Assembly: GCA_973895155.1 (NCBI GenBank)
Contig: OZ316896.1
Location: forward strand, 19,704,754 to 19,768,753
Source: Marsupella aquatica
Taxonomy: Eukaryota > Plantae > Marchantiophyta
Length of the DNA stretch: 64,000 nucleotides
Direction of reading: 5' to 3'
Shown: positions 47,907 through 61,544 of the stretch, piece by piece
Position numbering within the stretch: the stretch's first letter is position 1
Layout: each line of letters begins with the position of its first letter
Translations under genes and position numbers: made by a program
Notes under the pieces: model-generated
The model's input: the letters and a program-made list of their open reading frames with translations, nothing else
Told to the model about the DNA's origin: nothing
The model's database searches: none

Positions 47907-50900
47907 TGTGGGCAGAAGTAATACCAACTCTCAGCACGACTTGTGGCTTTTAAGAACTTCACACCTTAGTTGTCCTTTTACTGCAAGAGCCATCCGAAAT
48001 CACAACACAGCTCCAACTGTTTGAAATTATTACCACTTGCCCTGCATTGTCTGTGCTGCCCCCAGAAATTGATTCTCGCCACGCCTTACAATTAGATAGA
48101 TGATTTGCGACTTGCTGAGCGATCAACTTCAGCTGGATGCACACAACACACATCCAAGAACTTGAGCACATTCCCGCCGAAAATGCAACTTTCCCAAGAC
48201 TCTTCTTAGCCTCACTTGAGGTCCATTCCGTTACTCCCACAATTATATGGCAGATCAGTCAACGAGGACCCAGCATAAAAGATCAAGAACAACGCGTTGT
48301 CTTCTCCTAAAAGCCAAGAATAAAAAAATTCCTCAGAGATATAATACATATAGACAATATTGGTCTGAGTCGAGCTTCATACAGTTCTCTCCTTTATGAG
48401 AACATGTAAGTGAAAGAGTCAAAGCAAGTTCGAGACAATTCACTGAAAAGGGTCACAGTTGAATATCTAGAGGAACGAAGGAAAAAGAATCCAATCAAAG
48501 CCTTTAAGATCGTCAATAAGTGGCCCAGGTTTGTAAACTACGACCGCAAAACCGCATGACACACAGCGGTCATGGCCTGGATGGGTTTAATCCAGACAAT
48601 CCCTTTTTCCATGTGGTACAAATTGGTCAAGGTAAGCAAGAAAAGAACATAGAGTCGATATGAAGACATTTCACATCAACTCTGCCGAGGACGGGCGCAC
48701 CAGGAGGTAGCTCTCATATTGGAAGGTATAAATTTACACACCAGACACGAACACTTGATATGTCACAATGAAATATGTATTAAACTTCAGAAAATGCCAA
48801 ATCTGTAATCACCTCACTGCTTTAGTACAAGGATCAACATCCGTTCCTTGCGTAAATCAGCAGGTCCTTGTCAGGAAGAACTACCAGCAGTCTTCGCTGA
48901 AAGCACCAACCTATTCGCTGGCATTACACACACCATGACGTTCAAGGCAAGAATGAATCAAGTCAATTTTGAATCATACATAAATATTTCGCACAAAAAC
49001 GCGGAGAAAGCTCCCAAGTTCCTACCTCCCACCCATGTCCTCCATACGAATATGTTATCTCAAAAGACAAATCTTACGAGTCAGTAGATACCTTTAATGT
49101 ATTCAGAGTCAGATAAGCGTCAGCGAACTCTAATTAGTGCATACCTGATCGACAGTTTTTAACATGTATGCTCAGCAATGCAGGGAGGTACGCACTAATT
49201 TTCGTCCCCCCTGACTTTTGGGTAGCAATGCCCCGATACGCTGTTTCTACCTAATACACATTGATCGTCGTTCCCCTCAACAACCCTCGTTTTCAATCCA
49301 TCACATGAGCATGACAAAAGCATAGTGGGTCTGTGAAGCTGCCCGGTCAGGGTGACCAAACGAAGTGGCATTTTCAACACATGTCAGCGTATTCTCCAAT
49401 ATAAGCATTACTTCAACCGCTGCTCCGAAGGGTCTACTTGATCATTCGTGAGGTCGTATACAGCCCCAAACAGCACAAAATATTACGCGAGGACAAGTCG
49501 GGAGAAAAGAAGCTGGTAAGACGAAAAACCTCTTACCAGATCCTTTCCTCCAAATTGACCCTCACACAGTTGCACTTGTGGCGAAATCGAGCGTTGCAGG
49601 ACCTGTTTTGAATGTACAAACATTGCATTTCTATCCCACTTCCTTCTACCTTTCTCACACACATTTGTTATAACCCAGTTTCTGTGACCATTGTCCACTG
49701 TTAATGCTCTCAGGTCTCTCTCGCAAACGTTTTATGGTAACCTATATCCCCATTGCGACTTATGGATTACAGAAGTTTAAGTTGTTCATTCATTTACTCA
49801 TTGACTCATTCTTTCAAGATGGGAGGAGGGACCGAGGTACTGTTGTTATCCATCTACCACAGAAATCTTCAAGGTTCCGTAATAGTTGGGGTTATACTCA
49901 GCCTTCAAAGACAACCTTATTCGTTCTTTCATCTATCCATCATCGAATCTGTCCACCCTCGCACTTTAGGGCACCGAACAGTACGTAGATCTACGAGCTT
50001 TGTACATTGTGTCCCTCGAATGTAAAAAACTGTTCTTAATTTCCTCACGCTATATTCGATTCCAACTACCAATTCTTCCTCATCACACACGATGCTGCTT
50101 CCAGAGATAGTCATATCACTGCCGCTGTTGGTGCTCATACGGGAAACTGTGAGCACAAATAAGGCCTATTGTGCATTGTGTCCCATGAACCGCTTTGGCT
50201 CGTGCTAAATGCCATTTAAAATTAACCCTCTTGCATGATCTCTTCCCCTACCTTGCCCGCATTACCTTCAGGACCTTAGCACCTGGTATTCTTTCTTCCG
50301 TGACGTCCACACTCGATCGAAAATGGGGTACATCTGCTTTCGATCCGGAGGTGCCATGCATTGCCATGCCCTGGCATGCCAATGTTGGAAAAATGATTCA
50401 AGGGATGCGTCTCCCTCCCTCAACAGGAGATGTTAAAGAAAAAACAAGTGAACGGGTCGTGCACGTCGTCCCAGAAGCAACCGTGATGACGAACAACACC
50501 ATGTTTTGACACCGCAATCTCGTCCTCGTCCTCCTCACCAGCCACAATTTCTACCCTCTACGCGTTCATGTTTGAGTCGTGCAGTGCGTCAAGCCCCTGT
50601 ACTATCCCCTGTGAAACAGGAACTCGCGATCCTTGCAGCCTTCCTTTGTCGAGGCTATTCGCATGAAGACATAGATTTCCTTCGAGCCCACTGATCATAC
50701 CGAATGCCCGAAGCTGCTCATATATATCTCCGCCAAACCCTAAGCTGCCGTGCTGGCTTTGGTGGAGGGTCGCTCGAGAGAGACGAAAAGTTACTGCAGC
50801 AACCAACGAACGCGAATCATACGGGAAGCTGAGGGAAGGCCATCGATGACCAATTAATCGCACGCCGGCAGATCAAAAATCAAAGAAGCTCCTCGCATTT

Positions 50901-51564
50901 TAGCACATCGACCATCGCGACGCGAGACGATGAGTCTGCGGTGCGAAAATGCGTGCGGAGAGGGGACGCCACAGCTGGGGAGAAAGGATGCCACGGAGCA
51001 CAAATGAATCATGCAGTTCCTAATGCTTCTCTCCCTGCCCAACCCCGAATGACACCCCGAAAAGGGAGGGACTCCGGATCCTGTGGGTCGACCGACAGGA
51101 CCTAATCCAACAGCGTATCGCTTTGCAATTAGGTCTCCACACAGTTTGACGGACCGATTTCAACCTCTTTCATCCTCCTTGTGAGCCATCTTCAATCTCA
51201 CATTTCTGTCATGCTCGTCTTCAGTGCCTTCCTTTCAATTATCCGATCTTCCATACACGTATCTCATCGAGATGTGGACATTTTCAATCAACGATTCCAA
51301 TTGGGGTCCACGGAAAACTTTAAAAACGAACCCGATTCAGACTCTCGGGTACACCTCCTCATGGTTGATCAATCTCATATATTTTTTCATGCCCGTCTCG
51401 AGAACATTGCGATGCACCTTCTGATCTTCCACCGATATATGGAATCGAGTCGTGGGCAATTTCGATCAAAGAGCCAGAGCGAGGAATCGGACGAGGGGAC
51501 GAGGGACGCGAGTGGAGAAGATTGCTCGGTCGTGGATTTGGAGAGTTGAATAATTATGCCTCCT

Positions 51565-51999
51565 GGGTCACGTTCTAGGTCGGGTGACTGGTGTTATCGG
51601 TCATCCGGTTGCCATACCAAACTTTTCTTGGATGTGGATAATGTTTTACCAAGTTGATGAGAATAGAGTTTTGGGGTTTTGGATTTGCCTCCTAGAGGTG
51701 TTGGGTCACGTTCTAGGTAGGGTGACTGGTGTTATCGGTCATCCCATTGCCATACCAAACTTTTCTTGGATGGGAGTATAAGTGGATAATTTTTTACTAA
51801 GTTGATGAGAATAGAGTTTTGGGGTTTTGGTTTTGCCTCCTAGAGGTGTTGGGTCATGTCCTAGGTTGGGTGACTGGTGTTATCGGTCATCCAGTTGCCA
51901 TTCCAAACTTTTCTTGGATGGGAGTAATAAGTGGATAACTTTTTACTAAGTTGATGAGAATAGAGGTTGGGGGTTTTGGTTTTGCCTCCTGGAGGTGTT
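51565..51999. repeat. 138-148-bp tandem repeat, 3 copies
   Basis: The unit gggtcacgttctaggt.gggtgactggtgttatcggtcatcc..ttgccataccaaac... starts at 51565, 51703 and 51851. Confidence 0.95.
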
Positions 52000-54900
52000 C
52001 AGCACAGATACATACTACCATGCATATAGAAATTCAATGAACGAGCAGTTTACATGGAGAGTTACTTGATCTTCCAATGAGATTACATCCACTGGAACAC
52101 ACACAAGTTTTAGTACACATACATTGGGCCTGTCGACCATACCAAGTCTCCCCAGCACAAGTTTGCTCTATCTATCAAGTGGCTCTATAAGAATGAACTT
52201 CAACAAGCAATCATTGTTTGGATATAGGATGCAACAGGGCTAGTGGGGGGTGTTGCTAGGCATTGGGAGAGGACAGGGCTTGTTGGGCATCGGGAGACCA
52301 TTGTCCGTCTGCAGTGTTTCATGTCGGGGGATGGGCGCTTGTCGTTTGTTGTCCATGGACAAGGAGCCTGTGGGTGTTTGGCGTCTTGCCGTAGGGGAGG
52401 TTTTGTATTGAATGATTAGCCTGAGTGTTTGCCTTCACACTCGTTCATTGTTTGTGTCCCACTCTTTCCCTCACCAGTTTGGGGTGAGTTAACATTTGAC
52501 CTACTGTAGCTTCAGCGGCTCATTTTTAGAATAAGGCTCAAACTGTAAGACAGCCTTCTGGAGGTGCTTCACCCTACATTGCAAAGAATTCTGAATAAGA
52601 CAACTTCCTGATCAAGAGAGCTCCTTCCTGCCGTTAAAGAGCTCTTCCTAAGCTGACCCTCAGTTTTGTGACTTAGTTGTGTTAGGGGTGATTTTATGGT
52701 CAATCAAATTTGGGCTTTCATTTGTCTTTCCATCCAGTTTATTTGTGTATAATTATAATGGATCATGATATTTGGGAGACCTATCCATATATTCATGACT
52801 TAGTATGTACTTACTTTGAAAATTGTTTACACATGATTTGGTTGTCAAAAAGTTTTCATGCAAATCTTTGGTTCTGTGTTAATTTTGTCATGTGGTGGCT
52901 CACTTTTTGTCAAGAAAGAGTCACCAGCCATGCCTCAAGTTTACGAAGAGGTTCAATTGCTGTCCAAAGATGCACCAAAGTGGCACCCAATGACGCACAA
53001 GTATACCAAGAGGTACTACTTAGTGTGCTCATTTATAAGTTTGGAAATGTTTGAACCACCCTGGAGGTGACCTAAACTTCTAGACAAAATAAGCATTCCA
53101 CATCAGTATTTTGTTATGCCCACTCCTTGCCATGGAGGACCAGTATCCGACACCTTACCAGAATGGCCTCCTGAATTCTTCTAAAGTCAATTGCAGGCAT
53201 TCCATCCATCATATGGTCTAGATTCATCTTAAAAACAAAAAAGAGAAGCAATTAATAGGCCCTTGATTCTTGTGAAGCCACCCAAAAACCACTCGAGGAA
53301 AGATTTTAAAATGTACATGAAAAACAATGAATTTGATATTGACTTCTTCACAAACAGGGACATTTTCACCTAGACAATCATGTTTTCATTCTTGACTGTC
53401 CCAATAGCTCTCAAAACTGTGTCTCCGTGACTCTGCCATATGAGGCATATATGCAGCAAACGCACAAATCTTTGAATAATATACACCGAGCACTTTTTGA
53501 TGTGTCTTTAAGTGTTTCCTTTTTTTTGTGAAATAGGTAACTTACTAATCAACCGACAAGTGTAGTAGAAGCACCTGCAGCACATGGAAAACATTTCAAG
53601 TGGTCTATATAGATTGCAATGGTTTATCCAAGCACTTTTTTCAAATCTTATGATATATGGGAGCTTCAGGATCCTCCCAATGAATGCAGGACCATAGTCC
53701 ATACCATATTTGCAGATAGCAATGGCCAAATATGAATCCAAGAATTTTTGGGATGTGGTACCTACATAGCACCTTTTCTTTGTATAAATTCTCACTTTTG
53801 CGGGTCTCAGGAATTGTTTGGTACGTGGGAGTCTTGCTGTCAAATGTTATGATGGTCCAATGCAGCATCACACATCGTCATGAGGTCCTACTTACTCTTC
53901 AATCTTTCATAAAATTGAAAAACCTTCGATCCTGGGCCAGTTGCGTGGCTGTTTGTGTGGGTGGTGTTGGAAGCCTACTTACAATAATTCAGCTAGAACG
54001 AGTACTTTTTCTGGGAGATTTCTCGGATTCATCTTGAATGAATGTGAGTCCACTGTGGATGCTAAGGTTTGCAACACCGAAGACTCATCGTTACAGCAGT
54101 GACTCGGAACGAACATTATTATCTTTTTTCCTTTCTTCCTGAGATGCCTCCTCAAAACCAGGTTTCTGTGGGCCATCCTAATCTATAGTGACGACACAAT
54201 TACGCGCTGTGGACCCCGGTTGAGGTGACATGAGTCACTGAGAGGGACGCTTCCAGTGTCGTTGATGACACGTTCCTTCGATTGTGCTTGAAGCAGTTGC
54301 GTTCTTTTGACTCAACCGCCTGTTCTAACCACTGCTAAAGTCGCCTGCATGCCTGCCAACTGCAAAGCGCTGTGTAAGTGTAAACGTCCAGGTTGACTCA
54401 CGAAAATCTGATTAGAACGAAGTGGTTCATTTCCGAAGTTCCATATGGTTATTCTAAGAGAAGTGGCAGAGAGTGATAAATTCTCGAGCTGCCCATCAGA
54501 GCCATACTGAAAGGGATAAACCGTACAGTACTAAGTGAAAGTTGTGCATCACAGGAATGCCAATTGGGTAGTACTTTCTACTTTTCTAAATGAAAGAATG
54601 CGTGCAATCACATAAAGCGGAGTTTTGAGTGAAGTTGCGGAAGTAAACATCTTCAGCTTAGAACTGAAAAAGGGCCCTCATATACCTCTGACGACTAGTG
54701 CTACTAGTATTTAACGCTGTCTGCAATATATTTGCTAAGACACAAGGGATTCAGTTGTCTACTGTCTACAATAATGTTGACTTCGTCGTGTCTATCTACA
54801 GGTGTGTCCAGCCAACATGTTACGAAATCATACAGTAATTTACAAGCAAGTAGATGTCTCTGGGATGTGATGTACAAGTTTTCGTCCTGTTGCAAATTTA

Positions 54901-56769
54901 AGTGAAGCAGGAGATGTGAGTCTAACCCCTCCACTGTCGCATTCTGAACCAAAATACAGTCGAGAACATGCTTGGTAAGGAGAATACCCGTCCCACTTAT
55001 TGAGGGCAGCTGCTTCCATTTTCGTTCCAGCTCTTAGATCTCACCTCCAATCCATTCAAATTCCAATTCAAAAATCCAACGGTTCATACCGAACATTCGC
55101 TTTATGCCTTGAGGTTCAATAATTATCAATCGAGTTCAGAGTTATCGGTTCACACAATGTTGTATGCCCGACACAATTTAACGAGAGTATCTTTTTTTTA
55201 AATTCCACCATGGCTAAACAAAAGGCCTTACTCGAACGGTGAGACTACCACTTTGGCCATCATTGATAACAAAATGACTCGTATGCACTTCCCTCCATGG
55301 ACTGCACAGCCCTAGATACTTCAACAATTCAGTAATAATCTGGGCTTTTGATGACTAGAGGCAACTTGTTCACGCAATAGGCCAAAACAATTTCATACTA
55401 CGCATTAAACAACAATTCTCATTCAAAAATTAAAAAACAGTTGTCATTCACTAAAGAATTTTTGTAATAATTTTTATTTTCACCTTTAAATCGTATCCTG
55501 ACATCCAACTTCTGATTTCAGATCTTCTGTTGGTCTGGTCAGACCTCAGAGCAATGATCAGTAGAGTGGTTCCCACAAAGTCAGATTCAGTAACGACAGG
55601 GAATAAGACCACAACGGGGCAAGGCCTGACATAGAGACCCGCAACATATAGGAGCTGACCAGTGACGCTTCCACAGGTTGGCAAACTGACAACGATCAGA
55701 ATCCATCGATAGTTTTACTTCAGGGAATGATCGAACACATCAAGATCGTTTTCTACATTCAAGCTTCACAAGCTGACTAGACGGAGGTACAGAAACGATG
55801 ATGAACGAATAATGACTCGGAAACCATGAAAGTGATTAGTGGTCATCTAAAGCTGTCAACACATCACGCCTGTCAAAAGGTGAGACGTGTCCTCATAACC
55901 AGTTCATAAAGGCTGCATTACTCACACCCACTATCCAAGGCCCAGGTGCAGTCACGTAAAACAGAGAATTAGTTCCTGTATATTCTCGAGCCCTGTCAAA
56001 CACAGCGAACTCTGTCCCTTTGTCTTTGGTCAAACTGACTCATGAAGAATGAGAGCTCTCCTGCCATATTATGGAGTCCTATAAAGTTTCACTGCGGATA
56101 TCAACTCTCCAGAGAAGCATTTTGCATGTCTAAGAACAAAACTAAAAAAAAACCAATTAAGACGATAGAGATCTCTCTTACACACGACTGTATTTCAGAA
56201 TAGTTGTAACCTACAAGTACAGAAGGAAAAAAGATATCTAAGATGTGACTGTGTCTATGCAGCGCTCAGATGACTAGCCCACCACCCGAAACGGCCACAA
56301 CACAGTATTAACACAACAACTAGACGCCTCTTTCACAGTTTGGAACCTCCCCCGTAGATTCATCAATGCTCACTAATTAAGTTCATGGCATCAAGACTCT
56401 AGAGAATCGTTATTCTGATATCTACCAAAGCAAAAAGCTCTGTCCAGCGGTGAAAAAACCCCTGTACATTGTTCAATACTCCACAATTAAATCCGTGGCC
56501 CCAAGACTCCAGAAAATTCTTACACCTAATCCAGATAAACAAAGGAAACTGACACCTCTCCTGTACACTGGTTAAGACACTCGGACGTTACATGAGCGTC
56601 ACGAAAACTCCAGAGAGTGAGTTGCGAGTTCAAAAATGTGAACACCAACTTTAGAATCAAACAACAAATATTTTGAAGAGAAGCACCTTCAGGCATCTGG
56701 CTTCACAAAAGACACCAAGTCCTCGGAAACTTTCAGTTCCATCTTCCACCGATGTAAGCCCATCCTCTT

Positions 56770-57729
56770 CTACATTATGGCACAGCAACTCTTCTTCTCC
56801 TCTCCTGGGGACGCAGCAGCACCGCCGCTTTGCTGCGCAAATCTTCTGGATTCTGATGGATTGTAAGAAAACTCATTAGTATCCAGACCATACTTTTCAC
56901 GCATTCTTTTACTCCATTCATCACTCCGGGCCGGAGGCCGACTCTCAGCCGTAGTATCACCTGGAGCACCATTGCCAGCAGTTGTTGGTTGACGCTGAAT
57001 AGCCTGGCGTTGGGTCCTCGGCAAATAGTCATCGTCACTGTCGTATCCTGATCTCCTTGTATCCGCCACGGCCCGCAGAATTAGAGAGAAGAGCAAAGCC
57101 AAAGCCTGGATGATGAGCACAGCCAACCCAACCCACTTGCAGATATCATAATTCTCGTCAATGAAGGCGTAAATTTTGTCCAGTTGGCCCGTGGGGTCGG
57201 CAGGGATACTGTCCTTCCAATTGTTGTCGAAGAAGATCACAGCCGTAATTGCCCCCTGGATAATCAACAGAATGATCAGCAAAGTGGTGTAGAAGCACAG
57301 ACAGCAAGCACTTGCCGTCTCCGCCGCAATGTGGCCCGCGCATGTGACCACGCAGGCCACAATTCCCGCTCCCAGAAATGCATAGATGAACCACGGTGCC
57401 GGTAGGGATATGGCCGCTTTCAGCTTCGCGCTCTCTTCCATCACAAACGAAAGAGTCCCCACCATCTGAACCTCTCGAGGCTCTGTTACCATCTCGATGA
57501 CCGATGGGTTCCGCAAACCTGGCAACCCCTTGATGGCATCTCCCACGTTCATGCCCGTGCTACTGCCCAAAAAGACCTCGGAAGGAGCCGGAGAGGCAGC
57601 GTCGGGAGTCTGCTTGTACCATTGATGGAGCATCCACAGCGAGTACAGCACCATCCCCGCTCCCACCATCGTCAGGAAGAAATTCAGAACCTTCAGAACA
57701 CATTGCAAAAACCCTCTGCACGTAGCCAT
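56770..57729 (-). CDS. TOM2A: TOM2A / tetraspanin-18-20-like membrane protein with C-terminal CaaX, single coding exon
   Basis: 319-aa ORF: CRGFLQCVLKVLNFFLTMVG, LPAPWFIYAF, CCLCFY, IPADPTG, ICKWVGL, YDSDDDY, WSKRMREKYGLDTNEFSYNP, ending KKSCCAIM. Four hydrophobic segments. Confidence 0.92.
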   Translation of the reverse strand: MATCRGFLQCVLKVLNFFLTMVGAGMVLYSLWMLHQWYKQTPDAASPAPSEVFLGSSTGMNVGDAIKGLPGLRNPSVIEMVTEPREVQMVGTLSFVMEESAKLKAAISLPAPWFIYAFLGAGIVACVVTCAGHIAAETASACCLCFYTTLLIILLIIQGAITAVIFFDNNWKDSIPADPTGQLDKIYAFIDENYDICKWVGLAVLIIQALALLFSLILRAVADTRRSGYDSDDDYLPRTQRQAIQRQPTTAGNGAPGDTTAESRPPARSDEWSKRMREKYGLDTNEFSYNPSESRRFAQQSGGAAASPGEEKKSCCAIM

Positions 57730-58162
57730 CGTTCCTCACCGCCACCACCTCCACAACTCGATCGATCTATCGATCAGCCCCCGGGGCGGCCGGCATGCAA
57801 GCACCTAAAAGCCACCCAGCCACTCCTCGTCGGCTCAACCCGTCCAAAACCACAAACCCACACCACCAACCTCGGCAGAAACGCTCTGCCTGCTCCAAAT
57901 TATCTCCACGACTCTTCTCTCACCACTCCCAGAGACCAAAATTGAAATCCTCCGTCAATGCATGCGACTCAATCCAGTCAATCTCTCTATCAAACTCTTC
58001 CGCGATCCTCCCGGAAGAATGATGCTCCTACCACGGTACCGAACTGCTGAAAAATCCACTGATGTGCCCCCCGACGACGACGACAACGTCGATCTTGCAG
58101 ACCTAAACTCACAGCCGTGTTATTCAATCCTCCGCTTGCACGCAATGGCGTTGCGTAGGCAC

Positions 58163-58268
58163 GGAGACGAGACGAGACGAGACGAGTCGATGAAAGGAAA
58201 GGAAAGGAGAGGAGAGGAAACGAGAGGAGAGGGGGGGGGGGAAGGGGAGAAGGGAGGAAGAGGGGACA
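58163..58268. repeat. Polypurine microsatellite tract: (GAGAC)n, (GGAAA)n, (GGAGA)n and a G-run
   Basis: Directly visible upstream of TOM2A. Confidence 0.85.
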
Positions 58269-58548
58269 AAAGCGAGCGAGCAGGCCATCACTGCAGAGAA
58301 ATTGCTTCACTTGTAACTCGACAGAGTGATATTACTAAACTAGCCCATTGACGTGCTTGGCTAAGAGTGGTGGAGTCGTAGGGCTTGGGGTGAAGAGTCA
58401 AGACTGTAGCTGGGCCCCCCTTGTCCCCTAGGTTCGCCCAACAACGAGAAACTGTTATTCGAAGTTGAGCCACCTCTCAATACCCAAATTTTAGGTAGTG
58501 TTTGTGAGAGTTGAAAGAAACATTTGTGATGCATTAGCCTGATGCCTG

Positions 58549-58710
58549 TACAAAAGATGTAAATGAGGTGAAAAAAGAATGTCAAGATAAAACAAAATTG
58601 TCAAAGAAAGGAAAAGATGTTGAGGCAAGACAAAGATGTCAAGGAGAGTTTGAAGATATTGAGGTGAGGCAAAGATATTGAGACGAAATGTTGAGAAGAG
58701 ACAAAGAAAC
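58549..58710. repeat. Degenerate ~19-20-bp aaagatgt(c/t)(g/a)aggtga satellite, left block
   Basis: Same motif family as 61545-62475. Confidence 0.7.
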
Positions 58711-60839
58711 ACAGATATGGCAGGGATTGCGGCCATGTCATTGGGGCGACATTATAGTGCAAGTTTAGTGTACCGAAGGCCATAGAATAGAAATAGAGGA
58801 AAAACAATAACAGAAATAGGATGCTCTTGGATTTCTTAGGCTTGGCTGAGGCTGGAGCTGTTGCGAGTGGCACGTAAGCTAGGTTATTAGTTACAAAAGA
58901 GGAAATGACAGCCTTCCTTAGTGTATGATATAGATAGCACAATGGGCCGTGGATAAGTGTAAGGCCTCAGGAAGAAGGCCATGCCATGCACTTATTCATA
59001 GTGTGCACTACGACATATGTGCAAACCCAATAGATCTTGCACATATAGATGAAACCCTTGCTGTAAGTGCAAGGGCAAAAGGCTTTGCAATCCTAGAGAC
59101 ATTGCACAAAGGCTTTGCACTCTCCACTCAATGTTTGAAAGTATCCTTGCCTTAGGGGATGGCTGGTACCACAACATTATTTCAGGGATAGTGAAACTTT
59201 AATAAAACTCTATGTAAACATCTCATGCACTTATGAAAACATGCACCTTACACCAATCATGCACTTCCAGGCAATTGCAAGTATACACTATGGTTAATAG
59301 TTTAGATATTTTCATCTAGTGACTACCTCATGCACTTAGAAAAATTCCAAAAAAAGGTTGTAAAATGCAAGTAAAACCATAAGGAATATTGGGGCAGAAG
59401 CGTCAGCCTTCCAATAACCCATGTTTTGCAGTTATCCACAGTTCACTGTTTGAGATATGATTGAAAGTCCCTGGCCAGAAAGAGACAAACAATAATGCCC
59501 TGTTTCCAAGGCATTGTGGGCTATAATGCCCCCAAGAGGTAGGGCTTGAGCCGAAGTTTTGAGGGACTATAACTGATGCTCCGGTAACATGCAATGAGGT
59601 AATACGGTTCAATCCTTCAAAGATTTTTTTTCCTTGAATTTCTTTTTCCCCCATTCTTCACACTTGCAAACCCAAAATTTCACTTAGAGTCTATAGTCAA
59701 GTCTTGAAGCTCTCATTTATGGGGGCATTATAACTTACAATTCTCAGGTAAGGGGACCTCAATACACTTAAAGGCCTCAGAGTTTTTTGCTTTGAAAGGA
59801 GAATCTTCCTAATGGGTTGATCCAAATTTGACTTTCCATTCTTCTCCAATATATCCCTGAAATTAGTTTGTGGAATGTAGGCTTCAATGCTTGTAAGGAA
59901 GCTAATATATGTTCTCCTGGTTTAGTCAAGTTACCTTATAATTTCGAAAACAATGGATAAACTTCAAAGCAAACATTCTTAAATTTGCATCTCAAGATAA
60001 TTTACAGGTGTCACAAGCACCCTAAAATATTTTGTTTTTCAGGTACCAGGTTTTAATAATTGTTACTGTTTTGCACATGTTATGATGACACTATGCTAGC
60101 AACTGTTGTTGGAAGTGAGATTTTAATTGGCCAGATTCTGCCAAATCTTCCCTTCTATAGCTTGAGGCGAAATGATTCAAAGAAACACGAGGGGAACAAC
60201 ATTAATCAAAACTCACCAACAGTAGCCTTTTGCTGTTGTTGAATTTGTCAGATCTTTGAAGGTCTGATGGTTGTCCTTAAGATCAGGAAACATGTAAGGC
60301 TTTTCATGGTTTTAATAATATTTCTTTCTTCCTGCCTTTGTATTTTCTAATGCCTGTTCCCCTCATTGGGCTTTCTATGCAATTTAAGCAACAAAATCAA
60401 ACTCTTGTTCCCGCAATGTCATGCTCAAAGAGTTCAATTCATTTAGTCAAAGAACATACCAAACTTTGATAATTACTGGCTTATCCTAAACTAAAGTCAA
60501 GAAATGATCAACAAATTAAAATGGAAACTAATTACTGGTCAAAGCTCAGCAAAGCTCAACTACACCTAAATTTACAACCTCAATGTTTTCCTCCTGGTGA
60601 CCTCCCACCCATTTGTTTTCATCTCGCAATCCCAGCTCACCTTTTTCTTTTTTGTTCCCTTTAATCTGTTTCATCTGATTGGTGTGATGAAGGTCATTGG
60701 AAATTCTGGGAAATCTATGTTTCCTCACAAATTCTAGTAAGTAGGTCCCCAAGCTAGGCAACAACATTAAGAGCCCAAACAAACGTGAGACAACAAAATC
60801 ATGGTTACAAATTCTTTTGATGCATCAAACATACCCTAA

Positions 60840-60879
60840 TAGCACAAAAACAGTAGCACAAAAACAGTAGCACAAAAAC
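60840..60879. repeat. 14-bp tandem repeat (tagcacaaaaacag), about 3 copies
   Basis: Directly visible. Confidence 0.9.
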
Positions 60880-61544
60880 CAAGAAAGAACAAGTGACTAA
60901 CTTAAAGTGTTGTTGGTTTACAGTGCGCGCTGCCTGCCACTATTCACCATCTTCATCTCATCTCATCTGTCATCTGTTGATGTAAGAAATCTGACGCATG
61001 CACTTTTTCTTGGGACCTTTGTGCCCTCTTCTCTTTGTTAATCAATTGATCTATCAACCAGATCCAATGGCTAGAGCTATTCATTGTTAGTGTTAGCAAA
61101 ACAATCCAATGCAGGAAATGAATTTCTCACAATTCAAAAAGTAAACAAAATTGTTACAATTGGGTACCCTTTTGCCTAGTTCTTTGTCGTTGAGCATGTG
61201 AATTGTTGGTTCCGCAATTTTTACCTTTCCTAGGTTTAAACATTTTTTTCTGGTGTAGCAACAAATGCAAACAATCATGTTTGTTTGTCGCTGCAATCAT
61301 GATCATTCTTGTTTGTGGCGGAACCTGCTGAGGTGGTGCAATGAAATCCTAAGAATTCTGCAGGAACTTGTCATGAGGTCCGAAATAGAAAAATCACTTA
61401 GGCCATTAAGTACAAGTGACAAGTAGAAGAAAATCTGAAAATGCCTGCGCTTTGCTTCTGGTGGGCATTCTATTCCATAATGTACCAAAAAATACTAATA
61501 AAACATTATTGAAAGGATAGCCCAATGCCCATGTGTTGCATGCA

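Noticed and set aside
55797-55856. Possible C/D box snoRNA (gatgatga...)
   Set aside because: No CTGA D box at the expected position (ctaa instead) and no terminal stem.
58338-58440. tRNA or tRNA-derived SINE (A-box-like tggctaagagtgg, ggttcg)
   Set aside because: The B-box is poor, the spacing is wrong and no cloverleaf forms.
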